From contig CBDESU010000002.1 in assembly GCA_965242695.1 (NCBI GenBank), forward strand, positions 1,248,001-1,312,000: 64,000 bases of DNA, read 5' to 3'. The translations under genes and the position numbers were made by a program. Below are positions 59,008 to 64,000 of the stretch, piece by piece. Numbering within the stretch: the first letter of the stretch is position 1; the number at the start of each line of letters is the position of its first letter. The notes beneath the pieces are model-generated. The model saw only the letters and a program-made list of their open reading frames with translations, made no database searches and was not told the DNA's origin. This stretch comes from Cenarchaeum sp. (GTDB lineage: Archaea; Thermoproteota; Nitrososphaeria; Nitrososphaerales; Nitrosopumilaceae).

Positions 59008-60162
59008 GTGGACGGAGGCGCATCGAGTGGCGCCAGCGGCGGCGACTTTACGGTCACCCCGTGGGGCGTGAGCGGCGAGATCGACTACGACCGCCTGATC
59101 GAGCGGTTCGGGACGGAGCGCATGACGGACGGGCTGAGGGGCCGCGTGCGCCGCGCCGCCGGCGAGGACCACTTCATGCTGCGCCGCGGCGTCTTCTTCT
59201 CGCACCGCGACCTCGGGCGCATCCTCGACGTGCACGAGTCCGGCGGCCGGTTCTTCCTGTACACGGGGCGCGGCCCGTCGGGGCGCACGCACGTGGGCCA
59301 CCTCCTGCCGTGGGTGTTTGCAAAGTGGCTGCAGGACAGGTTCGGCGTGCGCATGTACTTTCAGCTGACCGACGACGAAAAGTTCTTCTCAAAGCCGGGC
59401 CTGTCGCTCGAGCAGACGACCTCTCTCGCCTACGAGAACGCGCTCGACTTTGCCGCCCTCGGGTTCGATCCCGCCCGCACGCGCATCATAGTGGACACGC
59501 GCGACATCGCCCGCCTGTACCCCATTGCGGCGCAGGTCGCAAAGCGCATCAACTACTCGAACACAAGGGCCGTGTTCGGGTTTACGGGCGAGACCAACGT
59601 CGGCATGATATTCTACACGTCGCTGCAGTCTGCGCCGTGCTTTGTCGAGGACGCGCCGGTCCTCATACCGCTCGGCGTCGACCAGGATCCCCACTTTAGG
59701 CTCACGCGGGACGTGGCGCCGAGGATCGGCAGGCCCAAGCCGGCCCTCGTCCACAATATGATGATGCCGGCCCTGCAGGGGCCAGGCGGCAAGATGTCCG
59801 CGTCCGACGAGAACGGGGCCGTGTACACGACGGACGCGCCGGCGGCGGTCAGAAAGAAGATCAACAAGCATGCGTTCTCCGGCGGGCAGCCGGACATCGA
59901 GGCGCACCGCCGGCTCGGAGGCAACCCCGACGTGGACGTGTCGTACCAGTACCTGCGCATGTTCTTCGAGCCGTCGGACGCGCGCCTCGAAAAGATCAGG
60001 GACGGGTACGTGTCGGGGGCGCTCACGACGGGCGAGCTAAAGGCCGAGCTGATCGACCGGATAAACCGGTTTGCCGAGGCGCACGCCGAGCGGCGCGAGG
60101 CGGCGCGGGACCGCCTCGGCGAGTACATGCCCGAAGAGGGATCAAAGGAGTGGTGGCCGTGA
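59008..60162 (+). CDS. trpS: Tryptophanyl-tRNA synthetase (archaeal/eukaryal type)
   Basis: 'VTPW', 'YTGRGPS..HVGH', 'TDDEK', 'DQDPHFR', 'KMSAS', 'AFSGG'. Confidence 0.96.
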   Translation: MDGGASSGASGGDFTVTPWGVSGEIDYDRLIERFGTERMTDGLRGRVRRAAGEDHFMLRRGVFFSHRDLGRILDVHESGGRFFLYTGRGPSGRTHVGHLLPWVFAKWLQDRFGVRMYFQLTDDEKFFSKPGLSLEQTTSLAYENALDFAALGFDPARTRIIVDTRDIARLYPIAAQVAKRINYSNTRAVFGFTGETNVGMIFYTSLQSAPCFVEDAPVLIPLGVDQDPHFRLTRDVAPRIGRPKPALVHNMMMPALQGPGGKMSASDENGAVYTTDAPAAVRKKINKHAFSGGQPDIEAHRRLGGNPDVDVSYQYLRMFFEPSDARLEKIRDGYVSGALTTGELKAELIDRINRFAEAHAERREAARDRLGEYMPEEGSKEWWP

Positions 60163-60539
60163 ACGGGGACGGCGATGCTGCGGATGCGGCCGCCGCCGGC
60201 ATCGCGGTCAGGGTACGGTGCCGCGACGCGTACGAGGCCCTCAAGCTAGCGAGCCTTGCGTACCCGCACGACGGGCGCGCGCGGGAGGGCGGCGCGTTTG
60301 CCACAGAGGTCGTCTCGGCGTACGGCGAGGAGATCGTGCTGTCGCTGCGCGACGGGTCGGCGCACAGCGTAATGCTCGCCGACGCCGGGCAGGTCGAGAT
60401 GCTCGCCGACTTTATGCAGTCGGTCTCGGACGGCGAGCACGCGATCGCCGGCGCCGAGGCGGCCGGCGCGTCCGTCTCGCTTGCAAAGTCGGCCCAGCCG
60501 GGAGCCGGCCCCGCGCCCGCGGGCGGCGGCGGGGCGTAG
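60159..60539 (+). CDS. Hypothetical protein
   Basis: GTGA overlap with trpS stop; host-like codon use. Confidence 0.65.
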   Translation: MNGDGDAADAAAAGIAVRVRCRDAYEALKLASLAYPHDGRAREGGAFATEVVSAYGEEIVLSLRDGSAHSVMLADAGQVEMLADFMQSVSDGEHAIAGAEAAGASVSLAKSAQPGAGPAPAGGGGA

Positions 60540-60586
60540 GCGCGGCAGGCCGGGAAGGGCCGGCGCCTGCGCGGCGCCCCCGCCGG

Positions 60587-60931
60587 CTAGACGAGGCCCC
60601 TGTCGACCTCGGACTCGACAGACTCCTGCACCTTCAAAAAGTACAGGCGCGTCGAGTAGGGCATCTGGTCCATGCGGTTGTCGATGGCGACCATCAGGTA
60701 CCTGACGGCCCTCTTGGACACCCTCAGGTGGAACTGCAGCGTCATTATCGGGTCGCGCCTGACCGATATCTTGTCCTGCAGCCACGGCGGGGCCATCTCG
60801 ACGGCGTCGGCGACGACCGTGTCGTACCATGACGCGATGTTGTCCGGATCAAGGCCCTCCTTGAGGGCGCCGACCTCCCCGTCGAGCCTCCTGAGCATGC
60901 GCGCTGACAGGTCCCAGTCCACGACTGGCAT
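60587..60931 (-). CDS. Hypothetical protein
   Basis: 'MAPPWLQDKISV', 'MPYSTRLYFLKVQE'; operon-like with coaD. Confidence 0.7.
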   Translation of the reverse strand: MPVVDWDLSARMLRRLDGEVGALKEGLDPDNIASWYDTVVADAVEMAPPWLQDKISVRRDPIMTLQFHLRVSKRAVRYLMVAIDNRMDQMPYSTRLYFLKVQESVESEVDRGLV

Positions 60932-60958
60932 GCGCGCTCCGCGCCACTACGCGCCTTG

Positions 60959-61453
60959 TCAGATCCGGCTGCCCTGCTTGTCAAGTATTCTGCCCTCGCG
61001 GTCGATCTCGCCGGCGCGTATGCGGGTGGTCGAGATGCGCGCGCCGTCGCGCGCCCTTACCATCGGGACGACGACGACCTCGACGGGCGGCAGGCCGGCC
61101 TCGGCGCGCAGCCCGTTGAGGACGGCCCCCTGCGGCTCGGTCTCGGCGCTCACGACGAGCGCGCCGACGCGCCGCTCGAGGACGGCCGGCCCGAACACGT
61201 CGTCGAGCCGGCTGATCTCGCACCGCCTGCCGGGGTACCTAGAGGACGCGAGGGCCCCGACGGCGGCGCTCCTCTCGGCGTACGTCAGGGCCGGCGACTT
61301 GCCCCGCCTGGAGGCGAGCCCGTCGCCGGCCACCCCGACTATGACGCGCCCGGCGACCCCGAAGGCGCGGTCGAGCAGGGCCGTGTGGCCCCTGTGTATG
61401 ACGTCGAATGTGCCGCCGGTTGCGGCAGTGTCGAACCGCGGCGCGGCCCCCAT
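60959..61453 (-). CDS. coaD: Phosphopantetheine adenylyltransferase (archaeal type)
   Basis: 'GGTFDVIHRGH', 'FGPA', 'LVVSAET', 'ISTTRIR.GEID..G'. Confidence 0.88.
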   Translation of the reverse strand: MGAAPRFDTAATGGTFDVIHRGHTALLDRAFGVAGRVIVGVAGDGLASRRGKSPALTYAERSAAVGALASSRYPGRRCEISRLDDVFGPAVLERRVGALVVSAETEPQGAVLNGLRAEAGLPPVEVVVVPMVRARDGARISTTRIRAGEIDREGRILDKQGSRI

Positions 61454-61489
61454 CCGTCGTCTCCTCCCAGCTGGGGCCCACGGGCGCCG

Positions 61490-62722
61490 TCAGCCGCCCG
61501 AGACGAGGACGAGCACGACGGGTCCCCTCGATGCGAGCGGCGAGTTGTCGCTGTCCCACACGAACGTCTCGACAAAGTACAGGCCCTCCTCGTCCGGAGT
61601 CCACTCGACGGACGGCGACGCCGTCCCCGGCCCGTCGAACCTGCCGCCGCTGGACCCGAGGAACTCGACGGACGGCGAGTCGCCCGACCTCTTTACCTGG
61701 ACGTAAAAGGTGTACTCCTGCGCGCCCTCCTGCGCCGACGGCAGGGACTCGAGGGACAGGTCGCCGGCGACGACGAGCGGCGATCCCTCCCTGCCGCCCT
61801 GCACGCGGTTGCCGTCGGCGTCGGACAGGTGGGCGCCGCCGATTGTGACGCGGCGCGACACGGGGTCGGCCTGCGCAATGGGCACGTCGGCGGTGTTCGA
61901 GCTGGCGCCGGGCGACTCGGCGAACAGGTGCACGCCGTCGGCGCGCACGAGCAGCGCATCGTCGATGGAGAACTCGGCCGATGCGCCGGCCTCCAGGGGG
62001 CCCTCCAGGGCGGCCGATGCGTGGCGGAGCAGCCGCGGCGGGTCGAACGCGTCGTACTGGAGCATGTGGATTGTGACGTGGCCCTCGGCGGGCGAGCCGG
62101 GGGGCGCTGCGTTCGAGATCGTCCCTGCCACGGCGAGCCTGTCGGCGCGCGGGCCCTCTTCGTCCCCGCCGCCCTGCGCCGCGACGGCCGCAGTTCCACC
62201 GACTGCCAGCGTGCGCGGCTTTTCGTCGGCATAGTTGAAGCCGAGGATCGTCACTGTGGCGTCGGTAATGGCCGCGCTCGGACTCTCCGAGGATATCGCA
62301 AAGGGAGCGGTCCCGCCGGCGGGCACGACGCCTGCCAGGGTCGTGCCGATCGCCGTCTCGACCGGCTCGTCGCCGGATGCGCCGTAAAAGCCGACCCTGA
62401 CCTTTACGCCCGAGACGGCAAACGAGTTGGTGTTGACGACCTGCCCGACGACGGATGTCCGGCCCTCGCTGTCCTTGTAGTGGTGCGGCGGCGTGTCCGC
62501 AAGGCGGACGCCGAGGGTAGGCAGCGTGTCGGCGGCCTGCGCCCAGGCGCCGGCGATTGCGCCGGGCCCGCCGGCCGCAAAGCCGTCCCCCGTGCCGGCG
62601 CCCGGCGCGGGCGCCTCCCACGCCGCCGGCGCCCACGCGCCGGCCAGTGCCGCCGCGGCGCAGCCTGCGGCAAGGACCGCCGCGAGCGGGATCCGCCGGC
62701 CTGTGTGCGCGCCTCCCACCAT
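61490..62722 (-). CDS. Secreted/surface protein with FxLYD-like Ig domains
   Basis: Signal peptide; 'VVGQVVN...VGFYG'; C-terminal 'GLYFVETFVWD'. Confidence 0.72.
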   Translation of the reverse strand: MVGGAHTGRRIPLAAVLAAGCAAAALAGAWAPAAWEAPAPGAGTGDGFAAGGPGAIAGAWAQAADTLPTLGVRLADTPPHHYKDSEGRTSVVGQVVNTNSFAVSGVKVRVGFYGASGDEPVETAIGTTLAGVVPAGGTAPFAISSESPSAAITDATVTILGFNYADEKPRTLAVGGTAAVAAQGGGDEEGPRADRLAVAGTISNAAPPGSPAEGHVTIHMLQYDAFDPPRLLRHASAALEGPLEAGASAEFSIDDALLVRADGVHLFAESPGASSNTADVPIAQADPVSRRVTIGGAHLSDADGNRVQGGREGSPLVVAGDLSLESLPSAQEGAQEYTFYVQVKRSGDSPSVEFLGSSGGRFDGPGTASPSVEWTPDEEGLYFVETFVWDSDNSPLASRGPVVLVLVSGG

Positions 62723-62803
62723 GGCCCCGCCAGTGCGCGGTGGTTAATTTGTATAGCGCACCCCGGGCGGGCCCAGGCCCCCAAACCGCGCCGCCCGCCG
62801 GCG

Positions 62804-63550
62804 TCACCTGCCAGGCGCCCGGGGCGCCGCGCCGATGCCGAGCTCGGCGCGCCAGTTGGCGTAGAACATCTCCATGTTCCGCCCGATGTCCGCCTCGGCC
62901 GCCGCCTCGCCGGCCCCGCCTCGGCCCCCCTCGGCGGCAAGCCATCCGCGCGCCGTCGGGCCGTCTGCCTCTAGGTGGAACTGCACCCCGACTGCGCTGC
63001 CAACGCGCAGCGCCTGGTTTGCGTACGATTCGGACCGGGCCAGCCGCACCGCGCCGTCCGGCAGGTCGAACGTCTCGCCGTGCAGGTGCAGGGCGCGGAA
63101 CGGATCGCCCATGCCGGCGAACATGCGCCTGCCCTCGAGGCCGACGGGGCGGAGGTCGCCGTAGTATCCTGCCTCCCGCACGCGCCCCCTGCGCACGGCG
63201 CCCCCGAACGCCCTTGCGATCAGCTGCGCGCCCAGGCACACGCCGAGCACGGGAATGCCGGCCCGCACGCACCCCCTGATCATTTCCTCCTCGGCGCGCA
63301 GGGCGGGCAGCGGATCGTTTGCGCTCTCCGGCGCGCCGAGCACGACGAGGACGTCGCCCCAGCCCAGGTCTCCGGCGCCCCCGCCGGCCGCTGCTGTTGC
63401 TGCCGCCGCCGCCAGGCCCGCAAGCCTCCCGTCATTCTCCCATGCGCGCACGACATCGATGCTGTACCCGTCGGCGCCGAGCAGGGCGGTCAGGCGGCCG
63501 GGGCCCTCGGCGGCCGAGTTTTGCAGCACGACGGCCCTGCGGGGATGCAC
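62804..63550 (-). CDS. Type 1 glutamine amidotransferase
   Basis: 'LGVCLGAQL', 'HGETFDLP', 'QFHLE'. Confidence 0.9.
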   Translation of the reverse strand: MHPRRAVVLQNSAAEGPGRLTALLGADGYSIDVVRAWENDGRLAGLAAAAATAAAGGGAGDLGWGDVLVVLGAPESANDPLPALRAEEEMIRGCVRAGIPVLGVCLGAQLIARAFGGAVRRGRVREAGYYGDLRPVGLEGRRMFAGMGDPFRALHLHGETFDLPDGAVRLARSESYANQALRVGSAVGVQFHLEADGPTARGWLAAEGGRGGAGEAAAEADIGRNMEMFYANWRAELGIGAAPRAPGR

Positions 63551-63631
63551 GCCAGTGCCCGCCGCCTGGCAGATAAAAGCGCCCGCATGCGCCGGCAGTA
63601 GCAGCGTCGGCGGGCGCCGCCGCGTAACTCC

Positions 63632-64000
63632 CTACGGCCAGACTCCCTTGTGCCTGTGCGCCTCTACGACGCTCTCGACGGCGACGACCATCGCGGCGCG
63701 CCTCATGTCGATCTTCTTGCCCTCGCACACCTTGTGGACCCCGTGGAAGCCGCCGGTAATATGCTCCTCCATCTTTTTTGCCACCTCGTCGAACCCCCAG
63801 TAGTAGCGCATGTTGTTCTGCACCCACTCTAGGTACGATATGCACACGCCGCCCGAGTTTGCAAGTATGTCGGGTATGTCGATAATGCCCTTTTCGTAGA
63901 TGATCGGGTCGGCCTCTGGCAGGACGGGCCCGTTGGCCGCCTCGGCGACGATCTTGCACCTGAGGTTCTCGGCGATCTTTGCGTCGATCTGGTTCTCTAG
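63632..64000 (-). CDS. gdhA: Glu/Leu/Phe/Val dehydrogenase (glutamate dehydrogenase), C-terminal part
   Basis: 'AEAANGP', 'IPDILANSGGVCISYLEWVQN', 'GVWP'; runs off the window end. Confidence 0.9.
   Translation of the reverse strand, partial: LENQIDAKIAENLRCKIVAEAANGPVLPEADPIIYEKGIIDIPDILANSGGVCISYLEWVQNNMRYYWGFDEVAKKMEEHITGGFHGVHKVCEGKKIDMRRAAMVVAVESVVEAHRHKGVWP

Noticed and set aside
1-64000. Transposase, integrase or provirus
   Set aside because: No DDE, tyrosine/serine recombinase or capsid motifs recognised.

Overview
This is a very GC-rich archaeal chromosomal segment. Gene content (L10e, S30e, EndA, archaeal-type LeuRS/AlaRS/TrpS and PPAT, TATA-like promoters, Fn3 and giant surface proteins) points to a Nitrososphaerota (Thaumarchaeota) member, probably a Cenarchaeum-like high-GC Nitrosopumilaceae lineage; the taxonomy is inferred. 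The housekeeping backbone is pstA-pstB-phoU, a GT2 synthase, a CPA2 antiporter, tRNA-Gly, rpl10e, endA, a radical SAM enzyme, rps30e, pyrK/pyrD, an FNT channel, alaS/leuS, trpS, coaD, a GATase and a partial gdh. Accessory islets include a decayed GNAT TA pair, an intact and a frameshifted type IIG-like R-M gene, a PIN TA pair, a duplicated unknown gene flanking M48-like and ART-like cargo, and a low-GC ATPase island. The most striking observations are (1) a non-canonical long-variable-arm tRNA-like gene (CAG anticodon, G73, A8) upstream of the aaRS cluster and (2) a free-standing paralog of the AlaRS C-terminal (C-Ala/DHHA1) domain translationally coupled between alaS and leuS. All calls were made by eye from motifs; no database searches were run.
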